The position numbers were made by a program, and so were the translations under genes. DNA of 64,000 nucleotides from Eledone cirrhosa (Eukaryota), in the NCBI GenBank assembly GCA_964016885.1, contig OZ024745.1, positions 117,676,001-117,740,000 of the forward strand, read 5' to 3'. This document shows positions 23,480-37,605 of the stretch, in pieces (within the stretch, counting starts at the first letter, position 1; every line of letters starts with the position of its first letter). The notes beneath the pieces are model-generated. The model ran no database searches, was not told the DNA's origin, and saw nothing but the letters and a program-made list of their open reading frames with translations.

Positions 23480-26400
23480 CTAGAAACAGCAAAATAAATA
23501 AGATTAATACAACCAATCTTTCAACTAGTCACATTAGATACCTGTTTATTTTGCCTCTTATTTTAAACTGTTACATATAATTTTAAAGAAAAATGGTTTG
23601 ATTCCTTTCCTGAACTACCATAACTTCCTGTCATTTATTAATTATATATATATGAAAAATATGTATGTGAGGTAAAGATGCTCACTGAATACATGGTCAG
23701 GAGATCAGTCCTTACTAATACAGCCATTAATCAAATTAACCTTAACCCTCTAAGTACAACATTTTACCAAGAGGTAGAAGTCACCCTAAGTGATTTTGAG
23801 TGTATAAAAGTATAAGAATTCAATTTTAAAATATTAATTTTCATTATATGCTCAAATATTAAATAACAAACCTTAATGTCTGAATAATTTTGCAGGATAA
23901 TGTATATTATTCACAAGATTCTGCTTAATTTCTTAGAAGTTTTGTTGTTAGTTGAGCAGATGAAGATAAATGTCAGTTTAAGAGCAGTGGATTGGTAGAG
24001 GTGTTAATGTCAGACAAATGCTTAGCAGTATTTGTTCTGATTTTTTACGTTTTGAGCTCAAATCTCACAAAGGTCAATTTTGCTTTTCTTCATTCCAAGG
24101 TTGATGAAATAAGTACTGGGGGGTCACCCTTTTCCCTCTCCAAATTGTTGGTTTTGTGCCTAACTAAGAAACAGAGATGTCAGTTTAGAGATTCTATATA
24201 CTATTTATTCTGCTTAGTTGTACCTCTATGTATGCTCACAGTAGAACAGTATTTAGATGCATAGCTTAGTGGTAAGGGTGTTGGACTTACAATCATAATG
24301 TGGGATTGATTCCTGCGCTGGGATGTGTGTTGTGATATTGCATAAAACACTTCATTTCATGTTGCTCCAGTATACTCAACTGAAAATGGGTACCACAATA
24401 GCTGAGGGTTTAACTCTGTGATGGACTGGTGTCCTGTCCAGGGGAAGTCTTGTACTCTCAGTCGCTTCACTCCATGAAACTGGGGTAAGCACCGCCCTAA
24501 CGAGCCTCCTGGCATGTGACGGGACTTTAGACTTAGACATCCTGAATTATGTATTACATTTGACTGTTTTGCTATTCAAGTGTTTGATGTTCTTCTATGC
24601 AGTTGTGTCATGCTTGAGCCGTTCTTAGGTACACAGGTAGTCATCTGAACAACTAGATGTGACTAATAGAGCTGTTTATTTCAGTCATAATATACCTCCA
24701 CTTAACTGAGAGCCATATTGCACATTCTGAAATGCAGTGTGATAATTGCAATACTCTGCAGTGTTTTAATTATGTGGGATACAGTGTGGCAGCAAACATG
24801 TTACATCTACTTTATCTGGAAATAGTAACTTTAGACAAGAGTGAACTTGAACTGTTTCTCACTTTGATAAGGAGTAAGCTATAAATGTCAGCTCATGTTG
24901 ACTTCTCCTCAGGTGAATAGAATCATAATAGTCACTCTTATTTGACATAAGTGTTAAGCTAAGTGTGCATCTTATCAACAATCTCCTCACAATATAGATA
25001 AAAAGGTCTACTTGAAATTGATAGCAATCAAACTAGGAACCATAATGTCTGTAGATTGGACATAATTTAGGGTTTGCACCAAAAAAGTAGGCAAGAAAAA
25101 AAGTGAAGATATTTTTTCTTTATTTATTATTGCTTGTTTTTTTTTGTTTTCTTATTAGTTATTGAGAATTTAGTCTCATAATAAATCACTCATCTTTATT
25201 AATCGCCTCTGTCTGTCAGGGTTGACAGGGAACATGTCTGAGCAATTTTTTTTATTTTTATGGAAGACCAGCAGTTGGTCTTGCAGCAAGTTGTCTCCCC
25301 TCTCAACAGCACTGATGTTATACAAGGACTAATACAGATGGCACTGCTGCTGTTATAGGTGAACATTTTGTCAATGCTTTAACAATTCCACCAATCCACT
25401 GTTCTCAATTGGTACTTTTATCAACATGGGGAGGATGAAAGGCAAAGTTAACCTTGGAAGTATTCAAATTCTGTTCAATATCCAATGAATCAATTTATAT
25501 GTTAATCCCTGTGACACTTTCTACTGTCAATGTAGCTTCCTATCACCCTATCTCCCATCATGCTACTTGTGTAACAAAGAATTACATTACATTTGATCTG
25601 TCTGTTTCAACTTCTTACTGTTGCCCTTTTAGTGCTAGTCATCATTCCTTCTCTCTCTACCATTACTCTCTCCCCTATCACCCATAATTGATTTCCATTA
25701 CTTCCACTCTCTTACTAACACCCATCCCATCTTCATTTCTGTCCACTCTCTCACACTACCTCCTTCTCTATTGCACACTTCTCACATCTATCTCTCTTTT
25801 TTTTCCATTTCCAGTACTTCCTCTTCTATCACACTGCCTCTCTCCTATCATTCCCTCTCTTTGACTATCATGCCGTTTCTATCTGATCTCCTTACCAGTG
25901 ATCCTTGTGTAGCTGTCTATTACACTTTTTCCTTTATTACCTACTCACTCTTAATATTCTAGTTCTCTTTCATTACTTGCACTTCAAATGGCTGGTGAAC
26001 AAACGAACAGGAAAATGTAAAATAGAGAGGACGTTTTAGTTTTGCTAAGGTCAAGACAACTTCGCTAGTGCCAATGTTATGATTAAATGCACACCTAATA
26101 CATTGTGTAAAGTGATAATGGCAAATGAATGACAATTTAGAGTAGAAAAGACATTTTAGTCTTGCTAAAGACAAGGTCACCTCTTTAGTATTAATGCCAT
26201 AATAAATACACCCAGTGGACTAAGTAAAGTGGTTGGTGTTAAGAAGGGCATTCAATTTTAGAGACAATGTCTCATTTGATATGTAGTTTTCTAACTTGTC
26301 TAGGAGAGCGATATCACCAAATAAGAACTAAATCTGACTGATGAACCATCCATCCCGTACCAGCTGAGAAAGTAGACATAAAATAATGTTGGTGCAAAAC

Positions 26401-26869
26401 GTGTTTCTCCAAAAATACATCCGGTGAGCTAGATATGTTTATGGTCATAATTTGCTGACCTATATCACTCTGGAGTATATATTAAAAGATTAGGGTGAAT
26501 TTTTATCTTATGGGACATCTTAATTCAGTTTATATATAGGTTTTGTTATGTTCCTGACACAAGAAAGTTATTTTGCTAAACCCTTGGTTATTTTTAAAAT
26601 TATTTGAAAACCATAGACAGTGTCTTTCATTAGAAATATGCTAAGGAAAGGGTTTAAAAAACGTGCTGAATTTATCCTTGAATTTCCCTCCTGTGCCAGC
26701 ATGGAAAGTGATTTTCACACCCCATACACACAATACTACCAGATGCCACTCACTTTACTCTAAGGCCAACCCACTCCTTCCTCGAATAACAGGCAGCCCA
26801 AACCCCCACCTCATCCCCCTCACCCCACCCTATCACTGTCGTTCAAGGACACAAGCATACTTGTTTCGA

Positions 26870-27280
26870 AATGTGGTAGTGCTGGTATTAAAATAAAATG
26901 CACCCACTCTGTACAGCTGTAGTGCTGGTGTCACAATAAAATGTACCCAGTCCACTCTGTACAGCTGTAGTGCTGGTGTCAAGATAAAATACACCTAGCC
27001 CACTCTGTAAAGCTGTAGTGCTGGTGTCACAATAAAATACACCCAGCCCAGTTTGTAAAGATGTGCTGGTACTATGACAAAAGTACCCAGTTCACTCTGA
27101 CTGTAGTGGCAGTACCACGAGAAAACAAACCTGATGCACACTATGATGTGGTTGACGTTAGGAAGGGCATCTAGCCATAGAAACCATGCTAAACTGGAAC
27201 ATATGAGCAAGACACAGTTCTCTGACCTGCCTGTCTAACCCATGAAAACAGGGAAAATAGATGTAAAACAGATGATGGTA
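26870..27280 (+). mobile_element. RTE-tailed SINE (family C) with internal ~48-bp tandem repeats
   Basis: Repeats of gtagtgctggtgtcacaataaaat.cacccagtccactctgta, then ggttgacgttaggaagggcatctagcc...aaacagatgatg tail. Confidence 0.65.
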
Positions 27281-29693
27281 TGGTGGAATTTGTGAGAGTG
27301 CTGTTTCTAGCAGGTCAAGTGATTATGTAGAGCAGGGATTCTTAACTGGGGTATTGATACATCCTTAGGATATGGAAAACAAAGGTTGGGAGTATGGGAC
27401 TTGATCTCTAGTATTCATCATTCTTTTACATTAGTTTTCTATAATGGTATGGGTTGGATAAGACATTTTTAGACGTTTTTTTTCTTTGATTAAATGCTTT
27501 TTCTGATGCCAACTCAATCTGATCTGTTGAATTGCAGAACATAAACACTTGCTTTCTAAATGGTCTTGATATAAAGATGTATAGAGACAGAAACACACAC
27601 ACTTACATCATCAACTAATCAACCCATGTTAGTGTGAAAAGTATACATAAAAATAGCAATGATGATAACTTAATATATTTTTCATCTTTCATCTTTCATC
27701 TTTGGGCCATTTAATTTCTAAACAGTTCTATTTTCCTCCATTAGCAAATTTATATTTAGTGATTCTTGTATATTTACTTAGGGATTCATTCATTCATCAC
27801 AACTTAGGCTAAGCATTGCTGATGAAAGGCAAAGTTAACCTCTGCAGGATTTGAACTCAGAATGGTAAGGGCTGTAACTCTATGCGTCAAAGCATGGTGT
27901 CCGACTCTCTACCAATACTGCCAATCCACCATTAACATAATGCATAGAGCATTGAAAAACTAGTTTGAATTATATATGTGGTGAAGAAAAATCCATATTT
28001 GTCAGTAACTTCGATATTTGTCAGTAACTTCGATATTTATCATAACTATTATTAATATACTAGTCAATATCCTGAATAAACCGTCTGTATAGATTTGACA
28101 GTAATGCTGAAATATTTAGTTGCACACTATTGAATATATGGGTTAATAGCATAAATAGCTTCGGTAGAGTGTCGGATAACATACTTTGTAACATATAGTT
28201 ACTGTTCTCTACGTTCTGAGTTCAAATCCCGCCGAGGTTAGCTTTACCTTTCATCCTTACGGGGTTGATAAAATAAAGTACCAGTCACGCACTGGAGTCA
28301 GTTTAATCGACTTTTCCCTCTCCAAAAATTGTTGGCTTTGTGCCTAAATCAGAAATCATTATTTTGTGTCTGTTTTTCCACACTGGTATGGCTGGACAAG
28401 TCTACTTCAATATATTGTAACCACATATATGTCATCTCTTTCCTAAGATATACTGTCATGACAGAAATTTACCTTTTTTTCTTACATTTTCCATTTGGGT
28501 TACTTTAGCCTTCACTCCATATTCCATTATAACGAAATTCACGGGGTATAAAAAAATTTGTTGTAACGAAAAATTGTTTATAACAAGATTGACCAGAACA
28601 AATTGAGCGTTTGTTTGTTACCTCTGAGATTGAAAAAAAATGTTGTTATAACGGAATTTTACCTGTAAAAAACAATTCTGCTCTTTATTTTATTACTGTC
28701 CCAATACACATTAATAACTTTCTTTTGATGTATTTTGATTTAATTTTGAAGAATTTTCTTCATTCACACTGGTTCAGTTGTTTTTTTTACCTCACATCTA
28801 CAGATAGTTCTTCTCATTAGTTAGTACCACTACTACCATCACAACTAGTACTTAAAGTTGCCGCTAGTATACTTTATTACTATTGCTGGTTCCCCTACCA
28901 CCTTTGCCAGCTTAAACTACTACTACTGCCATAATTTATTACTATTGCTAGTCCCCCCCACCCCTGTTGCTAGCTCTGCTACTACTGCTGCTGTTGCTAC
29001 CACAGCTACTATTTTTACCATTCCAGTACCTCATCTCCTGAATTTACTATATTTTCTTTTGAATGTATCTCTGATATTTTAAAACTGGAAAACTATTTAT
29101 AGCTTTTGCAATGGATTGTTTTATTATTTTAGTTATTTCTTTTTTTTTTTGCCTGATTTTTTTTTAGTTGAAGAAGAGACTTGTTTTTAAAACAAGGTTC
29201 TTTTGCTTGCTTTAACTTACTTTTATAATGTTAATGCATGGGTGGAGGAAAACTATTTCATGTGACATAGTTGGTAGGTCACAGTGTTTTTGATACAACC
29301 TAAAACAGAATAAGAACCTGAACATTAGCCAGGCACACCCCACCCTATTTATACTTTTGCTCAGGACTCATGAATCTTTTTACTCTCACACATCTGTTTT
29401 ATTTTAGTATTCTGTTAAAAGGTATTAAAATTACTGAGAATTTTCAATGGGGCCTCCAATGATTTCCACTCAGCGGCACAAACCTGGAAAATCTATTTTT
29501 GTGGAAGACCAGCAAACAGCCATGCATACCAGTCTCCCCTCTCCATGCCTCCAATGTATTTCTACAGCTGAGTGAACTGGAGCAATGTGAAATAAAGTGT
29601 CTTGCCCAACTCATCACCAAGGAATCAAATTCACAAACTAATGATTGTGAATCCAACCCTCTAACCACTAAGCCAGACGCCTTGATATATATA

Positions 29694-30505
29694 TCTGTAT
29701 ATATATAAAATTAAGTATGTGTGTGTTTGTGTATTACCTATAGGGGCCTACATCTTACGACCGATTTTCATGAAACTTTACAGGCTCATAGATTAGTCAT
29801 CGGGGATTGTTTTCTATATATCAGCGTATTGTTTTTTTTATTCCGGGGTCATTCTGCAGATAAAAATCGATAGGGGTGGGGTCACCTTTTTTTAGGTATC
29901 GAAAAATAAGATTTTTGGTTCTAGCTCCCACATTTTGCCACCGATTTCGTTCAAATTTTAAAGCAAAATAGAATTTATCATTGCACATCCTGTAATGGCT
30001 TTATATTTTGCATTTGTTGTTCAGGGACGGCGTGGTAGCCGCTTAAATATTAAAAAATACCACTTTTAGACTCAAATTTACACTTTTTCGGCTCTAGCTC
30101 CCACATTAATCAACCTACTTTAATCAAATTTTACACTACGCTAGATCTGATTATTTCACGTCTTAAAGTGGCTTTACATTTTGGATTTTTTTTTTAGGAA
30201 CGGTGTGGCAGCCGCTTAAATATTCGAAAATACCACCTTTTCGCTCATATTTCCGCCTTTTCAGCTCTAGCTCCCACATTTTTCAACCAATTTCGTTCAA
30301 ATTCGAAACTCCCCCCCCCCCCCCCCAGCATGCCACTTCGTCAGTCACCCGCGTTTCTCAGTGATAGAGGTTATCACCACCCTCCCCCGCATGGCCTGTG
30401 TGTGACCATAGATGAGTCATCGAGAAGCAGTCGTTAAGATCAACACCTTTTCATCAAAGCAGATATTATTTTACCTACCCAGGCAATGCTGGGTACTGCT
30501 GCTAG
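29694..30505 (+). mobile_element. Non-autonomous Helitron
   Basis: A|TC 5' end, 3' hairpin cccaggcaatgctggg then CTAG|T, no TSD; internal ~175-bp subrepeats (ctctagctcccacatt). Confidence 0.85.
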
Positions 30506-30669
30506 TATATATATATATATAAAATCAAAATGGATGCAGTAAAAACCTGTTAGACTATTACTCACCAGAGTACTCGATATTTGGGGTAGTAGAGTATGGT
30601 CATATGAAAGAGTCGGGACCCCGACGGCTGAGCCCTTGCTGTTTCAAACTGAATTGCAGTGGTTTTGGC

Positions 30670-30741
<72 letters not shown>

Positions 30742-30911
30742 AAGTTATATTTAAAATTGTTGGGTTACAACTAGTAAATATTTATAACTGATATAAAAGC
30801 ACTCGACAAATACTTGGAGTATATTTACAATATTAAATAAATGGAAAACTATATTTATAAAACCATATTTATTTCATTATATATTATATTATATTATATT
30901 ATATTATATTG

Positions 30912-30977
30912 TATTTTGTCTGATGAAGGCATAGCATATTGTTAATATGATATCCCCGAAATATATATAATGAAATA
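30912..30977 (+). ncRNA. Minimal type I hammerhead ribozyme motif (degenerate stem II)
   Basis: UAUUUUGU-CUGAUGA-AGGCAUAGCAUAUU-GUU-AAUAUGAUAUCCCC-GAAA-UAUAUA-UA-AUGAAAUA; same family as 12951; sits within a ~60-bp inverted repeat (30826-30885 / 30962-31021). Confidence 0.55.
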
Positions 30978-31015
30978 AATATGGTTTTATAAATATAGTT
31001 TTCCATTTATTTAAT

Positions 31016-31055
<40 letters not shown>

Positions 31056-31139
31056 TTTTTGAATTTGTTTTGCAAGATTTCTTATCTGAAAATGTGTGTT
31101 GAAGCAGATATTGTTATACTTTGGGAGGGTCATGCTGCC

Positions 31140-31290
31140 AATCTGAGTGAGTATCTTAGTCAGTGTCCAAGTCTCAGACCCGTACAGCAGCACAGACTCC
31201 ACTGCAGCAATGAAGAGGTGGATTTTCAGGTCTTTACGAAGGTCCGACTTCCACACCGATCTCAAGATGGTGAAGAATGCTGAGGATGGC
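31140..31290 (-). pseudogene. RTE-type LINE fragment (different family)
   Basis: RSVWKSDLRKDLKIHLFIAAVESVLLYGSETWTLTK. Confidence 0.75.
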
Positions 31291-32589
31291 TCGTAACATT
31301 AATCAGTATACACTGCTTGTTCATGTTTCTTTAACCCTCTTGATACCAACCCACTGAAAACCAGCTCTGGTTATATGAAACAAAGCCATTTATTTTAAAG
31401 GGTTCCTGTTTAAATTAAAATCTCTGAACATAATTTTCTATAAGAATCATTTGTTACAAATACTATCTTAATTTAAATCTTCAAACATAATTTAATATAA
31501 GAAATTTTTTCTGCTACAGTTAATATAATAGTAATATAATAATTAATAATTTTAGTAAATCTCTCAAAATTCTTCATTATGGCAGTATCGGTAGAGGGTC
31601 GGGTGCCATGCTTTGACGCATTGAGTTACGGCCCTTGCCATTCTGAGTTCAAATCCCATCGAGGTTAACTTTGCCTTTCATCCTTACGGGGTCGATAAAA
31701 TAAAGTACCAGTAATGTACTGGGTAATTGCTGGCCTTGTGCCAAAAGAAGAAACAATTATTTAATTAGAATAGTATTTCATGAGAAATAAGGTAATAAAA
31801 CCATTAAGCTTCCTCTTTCGTTGTTCTTTTTATTTTTATACCTTTTTTGATATCTTCTAAAAAATTTTTTGTCATTCCTCCTGCTTAGTCCTATATTTAG
31901 TTAAGAATTTGTGTCAAGTTACCCACTGAAGAGCTAATTCATTCTACTCTGCTCTCTACAACTCCCCATTACTCTCTCTTTCATTTTCATTTTTACGAAC
32001 ATTAAAAAGGTAAGAGCATTCCAACACACAGATACATACACTTGCAGGCACACACACAGACAATATACAGTACGACAATCTCCTTAAACATGCCCTGAAT
32101 CAGAACAAAATACAAAGAAGAAAGAAGTGACATTTTAATGTTCTTATTGAAGTACTAAGCTTTAACAATGATCTTTCCACCATATATGGTACAACAATAA
32201 TAAAACTCAGACATGTCTCAAAAGACATGACTTCTCCTGTTTGCTCGATAGAACATATGACTATACACAAGATGTATGACTATATGGAAGACGCAGACCC
32301 CTCAGCCTGTCTGGGAGGTCAGTAGCCTCACTTTAGTACTGATTTGGTCTCTGTAGACTTGTTCAACCCTTGCCAGCAGAGAAAACATGTTAAACGATGA
32401 TAATGATGAATCACTTTTACAAAGGGACAAAATTATAGTTCAACAACACTACAATTCTGATTGTAGAAGCATCCAAAAAACATTTCATAAGGCAATATTA
32501 AAAAAATGCAATCCTAATAACACAACTGAAATTACCAACCCAATAAAAACTACGTACAACTTCAAACACAATGCCCTAATATAACATAC

Positions 32590-32703
32590 TAATGCTATAC
32601 ACATCATAATTTTATGTCTGGCATAAGTTGCTTGGGTTTCTTCCAGCATAGCATCTTGACAAACAAATAACATCAGCAGGAAGGAAGTCACTTGCAAATG
32701 TAT
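32590..32703 (-). CDS. Candidate internal exon of unknown nested antisense gene
   Basis: Acceptor tttgtgatttatattag, donor TTA|GTATGT, 114 nt open in phase 0-0: IHLQVTSFLLMLFVCQDAMLEETQATYARHKIMMCIAL. Confidence 0.35.
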
Positions 32704-33481
32704 CTAATATAAATCACAAAATAGGGAAACTATAAAATATTCCAACACTGTCTAGACCACATCCTTGTCAGTTAATGCTAGATATGTTATAAAGAACGGT
32801 TTCTTATATAGGCACAAGGCCAGCAATTTTGGGGAGAGGGGAAAGTCGATTATATCGACCCCAGTGCATTACTGGTACTTTATTTTATCGACCCCGTAAG
32901 GATGAAAGGCAAAGTTAACCTCGGCAGGATTGGAACTCAGACCGTAAAGGACTGTAACTCTATGCTGCAAAGCATGGTGTCTGACTCTCTACCGATACTG
33001 CTAATCCAAATGGCTTAATGCATCTTAAACATCGAAGGACACCCTAGAGAATGTAATCCTAGGTATACTTACCTTTTATTACCAGCTTTCCCAAAATAGA
33101 TCTAGCCTGAATGTTTGCAACAGAGTAATCTCTGCTTAAGCCCTCTCACAACCAGGTGATTATCCACCATAATATTATGATATGTGTGTTTGTATGAGGT
33201 GGTATCAAAAAGATTTCGGACTAGTTCTGTAGTGCGGCAACACATGGCAACACACGGTTGTGCGTGCAGTGAGAGCTAACAGTGACCCTCATGTACCAGT
33301 GAAAACTGTTTACAAAACATTGGGTTGATATAATCAATTGAAACACATGGACATTATGAATATAGTTAGCAAATGATTGAAATCATCATCAGCATCATTT
33401 AACATCCATCTTCCACACTAGCATGGGTAGGACTAATGGGACTAATAATGCTAGTATTTAGCTCTGGTTTCATAACATTAA

Positions 33482-33698
33482 CCCGTTAGCATTTAAACTG
33501 GCTGTATCTGGTCAGAATTCTCCCACCCCTTTCTGTTCAAACTGGCCGTAACTGGCCGCTCATTCTTTTGTTGAGGTATTGTCCTCAAAATAAATATTAT
33601 CAAAATCCCCAAGATTCAATATTATGTGAAATAATTATATGAGATAAAGCGTTTACTGCGAAAATACAATAGTAAATACAGACTAATGTGCTAAAGGG
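33482..33698. mobile_element. piggyBac-type MITE
   Basis: TTAA|CCCGTTAGCA...TGCTAAAGGG|TTAA; same family at 43226, 54551 and 35587. Confidence 0.8.
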
Positions 33699-33854
33699 TT
33701 AAGCAGATAAGAGAGAAATCTCCTTCTGGATAGGTACCAGTCAATTGTTGGTAACTTTCCCAGATTTAGTTCTTTTTTTTAATTACATTAATCAAATGAA
33801 TAACAAAATTCTTGCTGTAGATTTGTGCTACATTGAAGTACTGAAAATTCTAGG

Positions 33855-34370
33855 AACCATTACACATTTGATCTGGGGATAACTAACAGTTCACTCTTTC
33901 TGAACCATTACACATTTGATCTGGGGATAACTAACAGTTCACTCTTTCTGAACCATTACACATTTGATCTGGAGATAACTAACAATATACTCTTTCTGAA
34001 CCATTACACATTTGATCTGGAGATAACTAACAGTTCACTCTTTCTGAACCATTACACATTTGATCTGGGGATAACTAACAGTTCACTCTTTCTGAACCAT
34101 TACACATTTGATCTGGGGATAACTAACAGTTCACTCTTTCTGAACCATTACACATTTGATCTGGGGATAACTAACAGTTCACTCTTTCTGAACCATTACA
34201 CATTTGATCTGGGGATAACTAACAGTTCACTCTTTCTGAACCATTACACATTTGATCTGGAGATAACTAACAGTTCACTCTTTCTGAACCATTACACATT
34301 TGATCTGGAGATAACTAACAATACACTCTTTCTGAACCATTACACATTTGATCTGGAGATAACTAACAGT
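33855..34370. repeat. 48-bp minisatellite, ~10.7 copies
   Basis: Unit gaaccattacacatttgatctggggataactaacagttcactctttct. Confidence 0.95.
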
Positions 34371-34384
34371 TTGTTTGTTTAACT

Positions 34385-34697
34385 CAGAGGTTCTCAAAGT
34401 GGGAGCTAGAGCACGCACCCCCACCCCCTCCAGGGGGTGTTGAGAAGGGGGCTTGGTAAAGATGATATAATAGTGTATTAAATATAAAATGATACATATT
34501 ATATATAAATTAACAATTTTATTATATACTAGACCACCCATGACATGGGTCACATTCACTTCAAAATATTTTTAAAAAATCTTCTTCACTTAAAAAAATA
34601 ATTTTTAGATAATAAAAATATACACAGACATGTATATAATATGAAATGAAACTAGAAGGCCCATATATATATACGTGTGTATATGTATATATATAAA

Positions 34698-34781
<84 letters not shown>

Positions 34782-35293
34782 AATATGTAGGTGTCTGTGA
34801 TCTATATGCACTGGTCATAGGCACATATACATACATATATATATACACACACACACTCACATATATATACACACCACCACCACCAGCTCTCTTCCATTCT
34901 CCTCTGTCTCCTCTCTCTCTCTCTCTCTCTCTATGTCTCTCTTTCAATCTACTCTGTCACAACCACTATCTCTTCCTCTCTATCTCTCTGATTATGAAGG
35001 TACCCGGAAAAACCCCATATCTTGGGAATCTGTGCTCTGATTTACGCAAAACTTGTTTTATTCCATTTATATTCCCATTTCAGGGTCAACTTCCTTTCAA
35101 ACTATTTTCCCCCCATTATGCGCCCTTTTGGCTGTATTACAGAGAAGCAAGCAAGCAATCACAGAGTTTTAGTAGTATATAGAATATTTACAATTTGCTT
35201 GTAGGTAGGTCTCTCTGAAAATAGGGGTGGGGGCATTGAGGGTATTGCGTGGCCGTGAGGGGCGCGGTGGCCCCAAAAGTTTGAGAAGCTCTG
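34385..35293. mobile_element. hAT-type non-autonomous element
   Basis: TIRs CAGAGGTTCTCAAA / TTTGAGAAGCTCTG with a perfect 8-bp TSD GTTTAACT. Confidence 0.9.
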
Positions 35294-36033
35294 GTTTAAC
35301 TTCTTGGGTTTGCCTATTTTTTATTTATTGATCTTTCACTTTTGTGTTAATCTTTTTATTATATATTTAATAATATACATTACGATTTTGAAAGTAATTA
35401 AGAATTTAGAAATATTTAGTAACGTTTTCATTATTTGGCTGGTATTTGGAATATAACTTAACAAATGTTCTTACATAAAATTAAGATGGCTGGTTTTTAT
35501 ATAAATATAAACTTTTTTAAACAAACAGTTTTGCATAGAACCTGGGGCAATTTGGTATCAAATGGGTTAAATAAATATTGACTTAACCCTTTAGCATTTA
35601 CATTACTCTATATATACTATTGTATTTTCGTGGTAAAGGCTTTATCTTACATAATTATCTCACTTTATACCGAATCTATGAGATTTTGATATTATTTTGG
35701 ATTGGCAGTATTGGTAGAGGGTCGGACGCCATGCTTTGATGCATAGAGTTACGGCCCTTGCCATTCTGAGTTCAAATCCTGCCGAGGTTAACTTTGCCTT
35801 TCATCCTTACGGGGTCGATAAAATAAAGTACCAGTAATGTACTGAGTAATTGCTGGCCTTGTGCCAAAAGAAGAAACAATTATTTAATTAGAATAGTATT
35901 TCATGAGAAATAAGGTAATAAAAGCATTAAGCTTCCTCTTTCGTTGTTCTTTTTATTTTTATACCTTTTTTGATATCTTCTAAAATTCTTTTTGTCATTC
36001 CTCCTGCTTAGTCCTATATTTAGTTAAGAATTT

Positions 36034-36305
36034 GTGTCAAGTTACCCACTGAAGAGCTAATTCATTCTACTCTGCTCTCTACAACTCCCCATTACTCTCT
36101 CTTTCATTTTCATTTTTACGAACATTAAAAAGGTAAGAGCATTCCAACACACAGATACATACACTTGCAGGCACAACTATGTATCTGTGTGTTGGAATGC
36201 TCTTACCTTTTTAATGTTCATAAAAATGAAAATGAAAGAGAGAGTAATGGGGAGTTGTAGAGAGCAGAGTAGAATGAATTAGCTCTTCAGTGGGTAACTT
36301 GACAC
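36034..36305. repeat. Near-perfect inverted repeat (128-bp arms, 16-nt spacer)
   Basis: 36034-36161 is the reverse complement of 36178-36305; one mismatch seen. Confidence 0.95.
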
Positions 36306-36984
36306 GGGGTCGATAAAATAAAGTACCAGTAATGGACTGGGTAATTGCTGGCCTTGTGCCTAAAGTAGAAACAATTATTTATTTTGTAAACAATACCTTA
36401 ACATCAGTATGAGTGGTTGGTTACAGCTGGTTTGAGCAGAAAGAGGTGAGAAAATTATGGCTGGATGTGGCCAGTTTAAATTTTTTACCTTTGTTTTCTG
36501 ATTGTTAGTATACAACAGCTAGTAGCTTTTTTTGTACTCACATTACTGGCCACGTGGAACAACAGGATGTAAAATTATGTATTGACATATTGACATTGAT
36601 ATTTACATACATTTTATCATAGATCTTCTCAATCAGTGCCAACCTAGATCTAAACACAAATAAGTGGAGTTGTATTAGTGGACTGGTGTATTATTGTTTT
36701 TCTTTACATTCCACTAACGCAGTTATGTCAATTTACGATGTTAATTGTCACATAATACACATTCCATTTAAAAAAAGCATAAAACTAATTACCATAACCT
36801 GCTTCTTCTCCATTCATAAAGTCTCTCACTACTGCCAACCTAAATATAAATATAGATGCCATTATCATCATCATCATCAGTTGATATCTGTGTTCCACAC
36901 TCTCATGGCTTGTGTTGTCACAGATCAGATGATTGTCTTGTTCATACATTCTAGTTAGGTATGGTTTCTACTTCTATAAGCTTT

Positions 36985-37605
36985 TCCAACCACTTTACAG
37001 TATGTATTGGCTGCATTTTATCGTGGTACCAGCACTGCCACTTTACAGAGTGGACTGGGTGTATTTTGTCGTGGTACCAGCACTACCACTTTACAGAGTG
37101 GACTGGGTGTATTTTGTTGTGGTACCAGCACTACCACTTTACAGAGTGGACTGGGTGTATTTTGTTGTGGTACCAGCACTACCACTTTACAGAGTGGACT
37201 GGGTGTATTTTGTCGTGGTACCAGCACTACCACTTTACAGAGTGGACTGGGTGTATTTTGTTGTGGTACCAGCACTACCACTTTACAGAGTGGACTGGGT
37301 GTATTTTGTTGTGGTACCAGCACTACCACTTTACAGAGTGGACTGGGTGTATTTTGTCGTGGTACCAGCACTACCACTTTATAGTATGTGTTGGGTGCAT
37401 TTCATCATGGTACCAGCACTACCACTTTATAGTATGTGTTGGGTGCATTTCATCATGGTACCAGCACTACCACTTTATAGTATGTGTTGGGTGCATTTCA
37501 TTATGATACCAGCACTACCACTTTACAGAGTGGACTGGGTGTATTTCATCATGGTACCAGCACTACCACTTTATAGTATGTGTTGGGTGCATTTCATCAT
37601 GGTGG
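36985..37605. repeat. 48-bp minisatellite, ~13 copies, inside a family C SINE
   Basis: Unit ccactttacagagtggactgggtgtattttgttgtggtaccagcacta; reverse complement of the repeats at 26870-27120. Confidence 0.95.

Noticed and set aside
34561-35204. ORFs rich in YI/HT/VC/ER dipeptides (also near 10.4-10.8, 16.7 and 55.3 kb)
   Set aside because: Translations of (TA)n, (TG)n and (CT)n microsatellites
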